NCBI GenBank assembly: GCA_902580895.1
Contig: CACHMJ010000003.1
Location: 15,362 to 79,361, forward strand
From: an uncultured Pelagibacteraceae bacterium
GTDB lineage: Bacteria > Pseudomonadota > Alphaproteobacteria > Pelagibacterales > Pelagibacteraceae
Reading direction: 5' to 3'
Length of the DNA stretch: 64,000 nucleotides
Part shown: in pieces, positions 1-8,619 of the stretch
Layout: each line of letters opens with the position of its first letter
Numbering within the stretch: position 1 is the first letter of the stretch
Notes under the pieces: model-generated
Seen by the model: only the letters and a program-made list of their open reading frames with translations
The model's database searches: none
Told to the model about the DNA's origin: nothing
Translations under genes and position numbers: made by a program

Positions 1-301
1 TTACTTTTAAATGTTTTTTATCCTCTTTTTTTTTTGAATTAAGAAAAACATGTTTGCCTCCCCATACTTTTAAAATTCTTTTTTTTATTAAATCTTTAGT
101 AAATTTTTTAAATTCCTTAGTTTTTGGTGAAATATACTGAGTACCATGATCAAAACCTGTTTTGCCTTTTATTCTTTTAAAAGATGCACGACCCCCAGGA
201 CCTCTTGCTTTATCGAACAAAACTACTGAATATTTTTTATTAAGAAGATTTGCAATTGTGGATCCAGATATTCCAGAACCAATTATACAAAATTCACTCA
301 T
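1..301 (-). CDS. Renalase-like FAD/NAD(P)-dependent oxidoreductase, 5' part (runs off left edge; not in ORF track)
   Basis: Manual translation from ATG at 301: MSEFCIIGSGISGSTIANLLNKKYSVVLFDKARGPGGRASFKR...GFDHGTQY. Has the GxGxxG dinucleotide motif, DKxRGxGGR and FDHG. ATGA overlap with the pmbA stop. Confidence 0.85.
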   Translation of the reverse strand, partial: MSEFCIIGSGISGSTIANLLNKKYSVVLFDKARGPGGRASFKRIKGKTGFDHGTQYISPKTKEFKKFTKDLIKKRILKVWGGKHVFLNSKKKEDKKHLKV

Positions 302-1614
302 TTACCAGCAACAACCATTCCCTCTATTAACATGGTTGGTGAGTTAGTTGCATATTTGAACTCCAAATCATTTGCTAAGGTAATATTTTGAAACATGTCT
401 TTAAAATTACCTGCTATAGTAATTTCATTTATTGGATATTTAAACTCACCATTTTCAATTAAAAACCCGGTTGCTCCAACTGAATAATCTCCGGTCACAA
501 TATTACTTCCATGTCCTATGGTTTCTGTAATATAAAGACTTTTTGAATTTGAATTCAGTAAATCTTTAAAACTAATATTTCCATTTTCAAAATAAAGATT
601 ACTTGTTCCTCCACATCTTCCATTAGATTTAAGATTTAATTTTTTTCCATTGTAAGTATCAATCAGATAATGTTTCAAAATTCCTTGATCCACTAATTTA
701 AGTGTGTCGGTTTTTACCCCTTCACTATCAAAATTTCTTGAGCCTAATCCTCTGAGCATATCAGGTTTGTCAAATACACTAATTTTATCTGAGAATATTT
801 TTTGATTAACTTTATCCTTTAAAAAAGAAGTTCCTCTTGATATTGCTGATGAAGAAATAGCGCTTGCAAAAGTACTTAATACTCCCTTAGCTATTCTTTT
901 ATCAAAAATTATAGCAATTTTCTCACTCCCAATTTTTTTTGGACTTAATTTTCTAATGGTTTGATTAGCAGCTAAATTGCCTAATTCATCTGCATCATCT
1001 AGGTCTTTAAGAAAACATTTACTAGAATATTCATAATCTCTTTCCATGCTTTTTTCATCTTTTGCAACTGTTACACTTGATGCTGTAAATGAAGATGTTT
1101 TGTAACCATCACAAAAACCTTTGCTATTAGCTAAAATAAAATTAGATTTATTTTGAGTAAAACTAGACTCAGTATTAACAATTTTTTTATCGTTAGAAGC
1201 TGCAGCCTCTAATCTTTTTAGATAATCTATTTTTTGATTATTTTCTATATGAGTTTCATCATAAAGATTTAGGTCTTTAACTTCTTTTGCAAATAAATCT
1301 CTGTCCGGTAAAGAATTAAATTCATCCTCAGGTGTATTTTTTGTAGTCTCAATACATTTTTCAATCAAAATATTTAAATTGTCATTAAGCAAATTAGAGG
1401 AAGATATTGATGATTTTTTTTTACCAATATACGTTGTGATGCTTAGGCCTAAATCATCTGATCTATTAGACTCATCTAATTTTTTATTTCTAAAATTTAC
1501 AGTTTCAGAAATCGAGTTCTTTACAATCACACTTGAATCTGTTGCACCTAATTTCTTTGCTAAACCTAAACAATATAATGCTTTTGTTTCTAAAAATTCT
1601 TGATCTTTAACCAT
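298..1614 (-). CDS. pmbA: TldE/PmbA metalloprotease subunit
   Basis: 438 aa with FDSEG, TGDYSVGATGFLIENGE, ITIAGN and C-terminal VAG; directly downstream of tldD. Confidence 0.92.
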   Translation of the reverse strand: MVKDQEFLETKALYCLGLAKKLGATDSSVIVKNSISETVNFRNKKLDESNRSDDLGLSITTYIGKKKSSISSSNLLNDNLNILIEKCIETTKNTPEDEFNSLPDRDLFAKEVKDLNLYDETHIENNQKIDYLKRLEAAASNDKKIVNTESSFTQNKSNFILANSKGFCDGYKTSSFTASSVTVAKDEKSMERDYEYSSKCFLKDLDDADELGNLAANQTIRKLSPKKIGSEKIAIIFDKRIAKGVLSTFASAISSSAISRGTSFLKDKVNQKIFSDKISVFDKPDMLRGLGSRNFDSEGVKTDTLKLVDQGILKHYLIDTYNGKKLNLKSNGRCGGTSNLYFENGNISFKDLLNSNSKSLYITETIGHGSNIVTGDYSVGATGFLIENGEFKYPINEITIAGNFKDMFQNITLANDLEFKYATNSPTMLIEGMVVAGK

Positions 1615-3036
1615 TTAAAGTTTCGTACCACCTACAGTCATCTTATTTATTAATATAGATGGCTGCGCTACACCTACGGGGACACCCTGTCCAGCTTTAC
1701 CACATGTTCCAATTCCAGGGTCCATCATCATATCATTACCTACCATAGAAACTTCTTTTAAAATTGAAGGACCATCTCCAATTAATGTTGCACCCTTAAT
1801 TGGTGATCCAATTTTGCCATTAACAATTTCATAAGCTTCAGTGCAATTAAATACAAATTTTCCAGATGTAATATCAACTTGTCCACCACCAAAACTTACT
1901 GCGAAAATACCTTTATCGACTGCCTTAATCATTTCCTCTTGGGTTTGCTTACCGCTTAGCATCATCGTATTTCTCATTCTTGGTAGAACTATATGTCTAT
2001 AGTTTTCTCTTCTTCCACTACCAGTAGATCTTGTTTTCATCAAACGTGCATTGAGCCTGTCTTGCATAAAATTTTTTAAAATTCCATTTTCAATTAAAAC
2101 AGTTTTTTCTGTTGGTGTTCCCTCATCGTCAATTGTAAGACTGCCTCTTCTATTATCAATGGTACCGTCATCAATAATTGTAACTCCTTCACTTGCAACT
2201 TTTTGGCCCATCAGATTATGAAATGCTGAAGTTTTCTTCCTATTGAAATCTCCCTCTAAACCATGACCAACAGCCTCATGAATTAATATTGCTGGCCACC
2301 CAGGTCCGAGTACAACCTTCATTTCACCTGCCGGCGCGGGTTTACTCTCTAAATTTACTGATGCTATCCTTAAAGCTTCGTCACAAACACTTTTCCAGTT
2401 TTCATCTTTTAGATATGAATCGTAAGATTGTCTTCCACCAACACCGTATACGCCTGTTTCTTTTCTGCCATCTTTCTCTACCATAACTGACACATTAAAT
2501 CTTACTAAAGGACGGACATCTGACAAAGTCTCTCCCCCAGATCTAATTATTTCTACAGACTTTTGCTCTCCCAAGAAATTAGCTGTAACTTGTTTAACCT
2601 TATCACCTTTAGATCGTAAATAATCATTTACATCGTTCAATATTTTAATTTTTTCATTAAGAGATTTTTGCTCAATAGGATTAATATTGTCATAATACTT
2701 ATTATTTGATTTAGGAATTTCATGGTTGTAAGTCCCTTTAACAGATTTTAAAGTTGACTTTAAATTTTCTGAAGATTGTTTTAAAGAGTTCTTAGAAACC
2801 TCATTAGAATGAGAATAAGCGACCACTTCATCAGATATAGCTCTAAAACCAAATCCTAAATCTGAATTATAACTGGAATTTTTAATTTTATTATCATCTA
2901 ATAATATCGACTCAGATTTTGAATTTTCCAGATACAATTCGCCATCATCACATTTTTGCAAAGTGTCAGAAATAATACTTTCTGCCTCTTTTCTAGATAC
3001 GTCAGATTTTTCAAAGAAATTACTCATATTAGACAT
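1615..3036 (-). CDS. tldD: TldD metalloprotease subunit
   Basis: HEAVGHGLEGD Zn motif, DDEG, PRMRNT and CGKAGQGVPV. Confidence 0.95.
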   Translation of the reverse strand: MSNMSNFFEKSDVSRKEAESIISDTLQKCDDGELYLENSKSESILLDDNKIKNSSYNSDLGFGFRAISDEVVAYSHSNEVSKNSLKQSSENLKSTLKSVKGTYNHEIPKSNNKYYDNINPIEQKSLNEKIKILNDVNDYLRSKGDKVKQVTANFLGEQKSVEIIRSGGETLSDVRPLVRFNVSVMVEKDGRKETGVYGVGGRQSYDSYLKDENWKSVCDEALRIASVNLESKPAPAGEMKVVLGPGWPAILIHEAVGHGLEGDFNRKKTSAFHNLMGQKVASEGVTIIDDGTIDNRRGSLTIDDEGTPTEKTVLIENGILKNFMQDRLNARLMKTRSTGSGRRENYRHIVLPRMRNTMMLSGKQTQEEMIKAVDKGIFAVSFGGGQVDITSGKFVFNCTEAYEIVNGKIGSPIKGATLIGDGPSILKEVSMVGNDMMMDPGIGTCGKAGQGVPVGVAQPSILINKMTVGGTKL

Positions 3037-3121
3037 TAAATAGATTGTTTCATAAAATTTTCAACCAGAGTATTTTACGCATGTACATATCTGAGACAAA
3101 TTAGTAATAAATTCACTTATT

Positions 3122-3478
3122 ATGAAAGTTTATTTTAATAATTCTTGTAAAATTTGTAAGGCCGAAATTGATCTTTATAAAAAAGAAAAAATAGATGAAA
3201 TCGATTGGGTTGATATTACAGATAATGAGTTGGCTGAAAAAGAAACTTCTAAAGACAGTAAACAACTTTTAAGAAGGCTTCATATCAAAGAGGGTGAGAA
3301 AGTTTTAGGAGGTGCAGAGGCATTTTTACTATTATGGAAAAAAATGCCCAAATATAAATTTCTCTATAAATTTTTTAAATTACCAATCATCTTTAATATA
3401 TTTTCAGTTGCATATGAAATAGTAGCCTTTTTTCTTTACTTAAAAAATAAAAAGCAACTAAAAAAATCTAACTTGTGA
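3122..3478 (+). CDS. DCC/DUF393 family putative thiol-disulfide oxidoreductase
   Basis: N-terminal YFNNSCKIC (CxxC); LHI...GAEAF..LW pattern typical of DUF393. Confidence 0.75.
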   Translation: MKVYFNNSCKICKAEIDLYKKEKIDEIDWVDITDNELAEKETSKDSKQLLRRLHIKEGEKVLGGAEAFLLLWKKMPKYKFLYKFFKLPIIFNIFSVAYEIVAFFLYLKNKKQLKKSNL

Positions 3479-3761
3479 AAAATAATAAAAATTTACTTAA
3501 TAAAGACATGGAGGATACAAACATTACTAAGACTATTGAGTACATAAGTAATATAATTTTATTTTTTTTTCTTCTTAATCTAACAAAATCCTTATCATCC
3601 AAATCAGAAATATCTCTTTCACCGACTACTGGATAATCATAAGTAAATCGCCACGTGCTTTCACCGAGTCTTGGGTCTAAATTATTATAATATGTGATCC
3701 ACGCAATAATGTATCTGAAAATTAAATATAAGATTATTAAAAAGGCAGATCCTAAAATCAT
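3468..3761 (-). CDS. Small hypothetical membrane protein (2 TM)
   Basis: 97 aa with hydrophobic termini flanking a polar loop; fills the gap between neighbouring genes. Confidence 0.6.
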   Translation of the reverse strand: MILGSAFLIILYLIFRYIIAWITYYNNLDPRLGESTWRFTYDYPVVGERDISDLDDKDFVRLRRKKNKIILLMYSIVLVMFVSSMSLLSKFLLFFTS

Positions 3762-3791
3762 ATAAGATAATATCTAATTAAATATAAATGT

Positions 3792-4991
3792 TTAATTATT
3801 ATTTTTGGCTCTTTTCCTCGCAATGAGCTGTGTTAAAGAGTCTACCATGGTGTCTGAAGCTTTAAAGATGTCCACATTTCTAAACTCATGGGATAGATTT
3901 TTTTCAGGGTTTGTTTTATCCTCAATGACAATTCCTTCATCTGGAGAATTATTTTTGATATAAATTAATAATAACCACTCATCATCTGATGATTCGTCCC
4001 ATTTAATAAAAACCTCTCCAGTTTCAAATCGTCTATCTATGCATCGAAAAATAGACATGTCTCGGGTAATATGTCTTTTATTGAGTTGAAATACTAAACT
4101 ACTTGCGCTTCTATAAAAACTCTCGAGTGCAAATTCAACTTTTTGTCTTGCTAATGTATATTCTTTTTCTTTTTCTAATAAGGTTTCTCTGTCTTCGTCA
4201 CCTTGAAGTTTAACACCTAGCGCCTCAACTCTTTCTTTGATTTTTTGATCTCTGAGTAATCTGTATTTTTCTTTAAGTTTGTCGATTCTCTCTTGTAGCC
4301 CAGAATAATCTTCTCTTTTTTCTTTTAGGGAAATTTTCTCAAGTTTTTCTAGTTCTTTGACTTCTCTTATTCTGAATTTTTCAATTTGTTTATCTAATCT
4401 TAATTGTTTTAAAAATTGTTTTTGCTTTTCTGCTTGTTCGATTCTTAAAAGCGCTTGTTCTTTTCTTAAAAATAATTTTATATCTTTCGTTCTCTGTTTT
4501 TCTAATCTTTCCTCTTCTCTTAGCGTTTGCTCCCTCAGCTTTAATCTTAAATTTTCTTCTTCTTTTTTCTTCTTTGCTTCTTCGATTTTTTCTTTTCTTT
4601 CTCTTTCAATTTTTTCTATTTTTATTCTTCTTTTTTCAAAGGTTTTTAACACCTTGTAATTAGAAATTGTCTCTGAAATCTTGTCAAAAAAACTCTGAAT
4701 GCTTTTTTCCAAACCAAAATTAAATTTGAAATTAAATTGAGGTTTGAGAGATAATTGAAATTTAACTAGTTTTAAGACTAGGCTATCTTTCTGTTTTTTT
4801 TTTATTTTTGGTTGGTAATTGACTTTTTTTGGTTTTTTAGACTTATTTTTTTTCTTTTTTCTAATTAATTTATTTTTTCTTTGTTTTTTTGAGCTTTTTC
4901 TAATTTTATTTATTTTTCTTTTAACTTTAGTAGCTTTATTTTTCTTTTTAGTTTTTGTCTTTTTTTTTGATTTTTTTTGTTTTTTTTTCAT
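3792..4991 (-). CDS. Hypothetical protein: Lys-rich N-terminal tail, long coiled coil, C-terminal globular domain
   Basis: 399 aa open frame; K/R-rich first ~69 aa, E/K/R helical middle, mixed alpha/beta C-terminus. Confidence 0.8.
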   Translation of the reverse strand: MKKKQKKSKKKTKTKKKNKATKVKRKINKIRKSSKKQRKNKLIRKKKKNKSKKPKKVNYQPKIKKKQKDSLVLKLVKFQLSLKPQFNFKFNFGLEKSIQSFFDKISETISNYKVLKTFEKRRIKIEKIERERKEKIEEAKKKKEEENLRLKLREQTLREEERLEKQRTKDIKLFLRKEQALLRIEQAEKQKQFLKQLRLDKQIEKFRIREVKELEKLEKISLKEKREDYSGLQERIDKLKEKYRLLRDQKIKERVEALGVKLQGDEDRETLLEKEKEYTLARQKVEFALESFYRSASSLVFQLNKRHITRDMSIFRCIDRRFETGEVFIKWDESSDDEWLLLIYIKNNSPDEGIVIEDKTNPEKNLSHEFRNVDIFKASDTMVDSLTQLIARKRAKNNN

Positions 4992-5020
4992 TTCTAAGAA
5001 GAAATGACCCTATCAATAAT

Positions 5021-6208
5021 TTATTGATAAATATAGTCTCTAGTCACAGGTGTTGAGCTATAATTTTTAGTAAGTTGAAATTGATATACAACTTGATCTC
5101 CCCACTTGAATGCCATTTCACAACCAGCAAGATAAAACTCCCACATTCTAAAAAATTTTTCATCAAACATTTGGATAATTTTATCTTTATTTTTTAAGCA
5201 ATTTTCTTTCCAATGTCTCAACGTGTGTGCGTAATGAAGCCTTAAAACCTCAATATCTGTTACTATTAAGCCAGCTTTTTCAATAGGGTTGGTTACTTCA
5301 CTTAAACTTGGAGTATAACCACCAGGAAAAATATATTTTGTAATCCATGGATGAGGATCTCTTGGAGGATTTACAGATCCAATAGTGTGTATCAGTGAAA
5401 CCCCGTCTTCTTTCAACATTTTTTCGATTTGTTTGAAAAATTTTTTATAAAATTTCCTTCCAACATGTTCGAACATCCCAACACTTACAATTCTATCAAA
5501 TTTTTCATTTAACTCTCTATAATCCATTAGTTTAAACTTAACTTGGTTTTCTAAATTCAATTCTTTAGCTTTTTGGGTGCAATAATTAAGTTGGTTCTTT
5601 GATAAAGTAATACCAGTCACTTCACATTGAGCACTTTTGGCTATATCGATGGCAAGTGAACCCCAGCCACATCCAATATCTAAAACTTTTTGATTGGGTT
5701 TTATATTTAATTTTTTAATTATGTGTTGAATTTTATTATTTTGAGCTGTTTCCAAACTGTCATTCTCATTTTTAAAATATGCACAAGAATACTGTCTTTT
5801 TGGATCTAAAAATAAGTCATACAAGTCGTCCTTAATATCATAATGGTGAGATACATTCATTTTGGATTTTTTAATAAAATTAAAGTTAGTTAAATATCTA
5901 TATGATCCCCTTAATCTATTAATTAAATAACTGAAAAAGTTTAATTCTCCCCTTCCAAAATTCATTAAGGCAAGATCTAAAAAATCTGTAAGTGTGCCGT
6001 TTTCAATTACAATTTCACCGCTGGTATATGCTTCACCAAAATATAAATCAGGATGAAATAACAATTTATAATGAAGATTTTTATTTAAAATTTTTAGTCT
6101 AATAGGGTTATTGTCTGGTTCTCCAATAATATAGTCTTTAGAATTAGCATCAGTTAATACAAAACCACCTTTTTTAAAAACTTTATTAAGAAATCTTGCT
6201 AATTGCAT
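5021..6208 (-). CDS. cfa: Cyclopropane-fatty-acyl-phospholipid synthase family methyltransferase
   Basis: HHYD, YSCAYF, VLDIGCGWG, SVGMFEHVG, YIFPGG and RMWEFYL motifs. Confidence 0.9.
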   Translation of the reverse strand: MQLARFLNKVFKKGGFVLTDANSKDYIIGEPDNNPIRLKILNKNLHYKLLFHPDLYFGEAYTSGEIVIENGTLTDFLDLALMNFGRGELNFFSYLINRLRGSYRYLTNFNFIKKSKMNVSHHYDIKDDLYDLFLDPKRQYSCAYFKNENDSLETAQNNKIQHIIKKLNIKPNQKVLDIGCGWGSLAIDIAKSAQCEVTGITLSKNQLNYCTQKAKELNLENQVKFKLMDYRELNEKFDRIVSVGMFEHVGRKFYKKFFKQIEKMLKEDGVSLIHTIGSVNPPRDPHPWITKYIFPGGYTPSLSEVTNPIEKAGLIVTDIEVLRLHYAHTLRHWKENCLKNKDKIIQMFDEKFFRMWEFYLAGCEMAFKWGDQVVYQFQLTKNYSSTPVTRDYIYQ

Positions 6209-6209
6209 T

Positions 6210-7094
6210 TTATGCTGCCAGAGTTGGTTTGTTATAAAATTTTAAATCTTTTAATCTACTCATTAATTCTTCTTCATCATTTCGATTTAAGAGACTTAAA
6301 GGTGGTAAAATATTTTTGTACATGTTGTCGTTTTGTGCACAGAAAGTATGTAAACCAGAAATTAGATTATATTTATCAAAAGTAATTCTCACATCGCATA
6401 ACTTATCATTATATAATTGTTTTTTTCCTGCAAAAAAATCATCATAAACTTGCCTAGATAATTCTGCTGTAACATTGCATGTTGCGGTTATTATACCAGA
6501 ACACCCTAATTCCAATCCTTTTAACAATTTAATTTCTGAACCAGGTAAAATTGAAAAATTTTTAAGTTTCAAATTTTCGTATAAATTGTAAGAGCTATCT
6601 TTTACCCCAACTATTTGTTTTGGAAATTTATTAACAAGTGTCTCTACACACTTCAAACTAAATTTATAACCGCTTAGTTTTTCAAAATTATAAAGAATAA
6701 TTTTACAATCTGGCACTGAATTAATTATTCTAGAATAAAAATCCAAAACCTCTGTATCACCATAACTATAATAAGCGGGAGGCATAATTAAAAATTTATT
6801 TAGATTCAATGAAATTGCTATCCTCATAAAATTTATTGTTTCACCTAAAGAGTTAAGACCTGTACCAATTATATGTTTATCTTGATATTTGCTTTTTGAG
6901 AGATTGTTAAGTAAGTCAATTTTTTCTGAAATAGGTATTAATTGAGACTGACCTGTGCTGCCAAAGATTACCGTGCCATGACAACCTTGATCGATAAGCT
7001 TCTCAGCATGCGTTATTGTTTTTTCAACATTCAGGCTTAAATCATTGTTAAGCACTGACATTGAAGCAGCAAAAATTCCACTTATTTTTGTCAT
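6210..7094 (-). CDS. Dihydrodipicolinate synthase (DapA/NanA) family aldolase, probably not true DapA
   Basis: GSTGQ (canonical GTTGE), PPAYY, ILYN and the Schiff-base Lys in GVKDSS. Confidence 0.8.
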   Translation of the reverse strand: MTKISGIFAASMSVLNNDLSLNVEKTITHAEKLIDQGCHGTVIFGSTGQSQLIPISEKIDLLNNLSKSKYQDKHIIGTGLNSLGETINFMRIAISLNLNKFLIMPPAYYSYGDTEVLDFYSRIINSVPDCKIILYNFEKLSGYKFSLKCVETLVNKFPKQIVGVKDSSYNLYENLKLKNFSILPGSEIKLLKGLELGCSGIITATCNVTAELSRQVYDDFFAGKKQLYNDKLCDVRITFDKYNLISGLHTFCAQNDNMYKNILPPLSLLNRNDEEELMSRLKDLKFYNKPTLAA

Positions 7095-7142
7095 AATAAA
7101 AATTTATATAAAAATATACTCAGTAAAGTTTATAAATACTAT

Positions 7143-8105
7143 ATGAAAATATTAGCAGTTCAGAGCAGAATGGGTATTGGGGATACCGTAATTTTCTTAC
7201 CATTTATTAAGGCTTTGTCCAAAAAATTTAATTCGCCAATTAGTATATTGGTAAAAGAAAACTCTAAAGCCAATCAATATTTACACCAGACAAAATATAT
7301 TGATAAAATTCTTATCCTAGAAAGAGATAATAAAACAAATAATAGACATGGTGGTTTTTTTGGTATTTTTAAATTAGCAAACGATTTAAAAAAATATAAA
7401 TTTGATAAAATTTTTATTTTTAATTCATCTCTAAGATTTAACTTAGTTGCTAAGATATCTGGTATTCCACAAATTTACCAATATCCATTGTTCTCAAAAG
7501 ATAAACAACACATAATTGAGGCTCCCAAAAAGTTTTTAAAAGAAAATTTAGATTTAGAGATTAATGAAGATCCTGAGGTGGAAATCGATAGTGATTTAAT
7601 TTCTAAAGCAGCACAAAAATTTCAAATAGATAAAAAAACTACAAATATTCTTTTAGGCATAGGTGGCTCTGGACCTACAAAAAGGATTCCTGCAGACACT
7701 TTCTTAAGTGTAATTGACAAAATATCAAATATGAAAGATTGTAGATTTTTTCTTGCAACAGGTATGGCAAATGAAGAACAGGAAATATTAAATGAAATTT
7801 TAAAGTCTAAATTTAAGAATTTTTGTACTCGATTAGATAATTTAACCATAAGTGAAATTTTACCATTAATTAAGAATTGTAATGTATCCATTTGTAATGA
7901 CTCGAGCTTTAGTCATTTATCTTCAGCTTTAGGTATTAAAACGATTACTTTAATGGCTGATACTCCTTTAATTTATGGAAATTATAGCTCAAAAATGTTT
8001 CCAATAATTCCAGAAGGAGAAAACACAGTCACACATAATACTTTAGGTAAAGATAAAATTGATCCACAAAAAATTTTTGAGAGATTTTTAGAAATTATTG
8101 CTTAA
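7143..8105 (+). CDS. Glycosyltransferase family 9 (RfaF/WaaF-like)
   Basis: N-terminal GIGDTV and C-terminal ICNDSSFSHLSSALG motifs. Confidence 0.85.
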   Translation: MKILAVQSRMGIGDTVIFLPFIKALSKKFNSPISILVKENSKANQYLHQTKYIDKILILERDNKTNNRHGGFFGIFKLANDLKKYKFDKIFIFNSSLRFNLVAKISGIPQIYQYPLFSKDKQHIIEAPKKFLKENLDLEINEDPEVEIDSDLISKAAQKFQIDKKTTNILLGIGGSGPTKRIPADTFLSVIDKISNMKDCRFFLATGMANEEQEILNEILKSKFKNFCTRLDNLTISEILPLIKNCNVSICNDSSFSHLSSALGIKTITLMADTPLIYGNYSSKMFPIIPEGENTVTHNTLGKDKIDPQKIFERFLEIIA

Positions 8106-8605
8106 GAGATATCGTTTAGCACAATATCTTTAGCCTCATTAACAATTGAGGATAATCTTGAAGTTTCAGGAGAAATGTCTGGATGGATCTTTTTTTGGAT
8201 TTTTATATATGCTTTATTAACATCCTCTTTGGTAACTTTTTTACTCATATCTAGGTTTAAAATTTTGTATGCCTCTGAAACTGATATAGACGATACGTTA
8301 TTAGCGCCTGCTTGGTTAAAAGAAAAGCGACCAGATCTTCTTAATGTTTGAATAAGTCTAAAAAGAGAAATTAATTGGAAAACAGATAAGCCTTTTAATT
8401 TTAATAAAGCTAGACTTGCCAGAGTAAGAGGTAAGGTTAATAAAAACTTTCCACCAATTGCAAACAAAACTGCAAAAGCAATTAATCCTAATATAATTAT
8501 AAATCTTAGGCCTTTTGAAATTTTTCTAGATGAAATGTTAGTTATTAAACGTAGTAGAAAATAAAAAATGGTTAATATAACCACTGTATAAATTATGATA
8601 TTCAT
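8102..8605 (-). CDS. Membrane-anchored J-domain protein (Tim14/Pam18-like)
   Basis: Hydrophobic N-terminal helices; C-terminal short J domain EAYKILNL...KKIHPD...VNEAKDIV. Confidence 0.8.
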   Translation of the reverse strand: MNIIIYTVVILTIFYFLLRLITNISSRKISKGLRFIIILGLIAFAVLFAIGGKFLLTLPLTLASLALLKLKGLSVFQLISLFRLIQTLRRSGRFSFNQAGANNVSSISVSEAYKILNLDMSKKVTKEDVNKAYIKIQKKIHPDISPETSRLSSIVNEAKDIVLNDIS

Positions 8606-8619
8606 ATATTTTTAATTTA

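Noticed and set aside
4780-4990. Poly-T low-complexity tract as a repeat, phase-variation site or + strand membrane ORF
   Set aside because: Explained by AAA Lys codons of the minus-strand gene; no periodic unit and the frame is intact.
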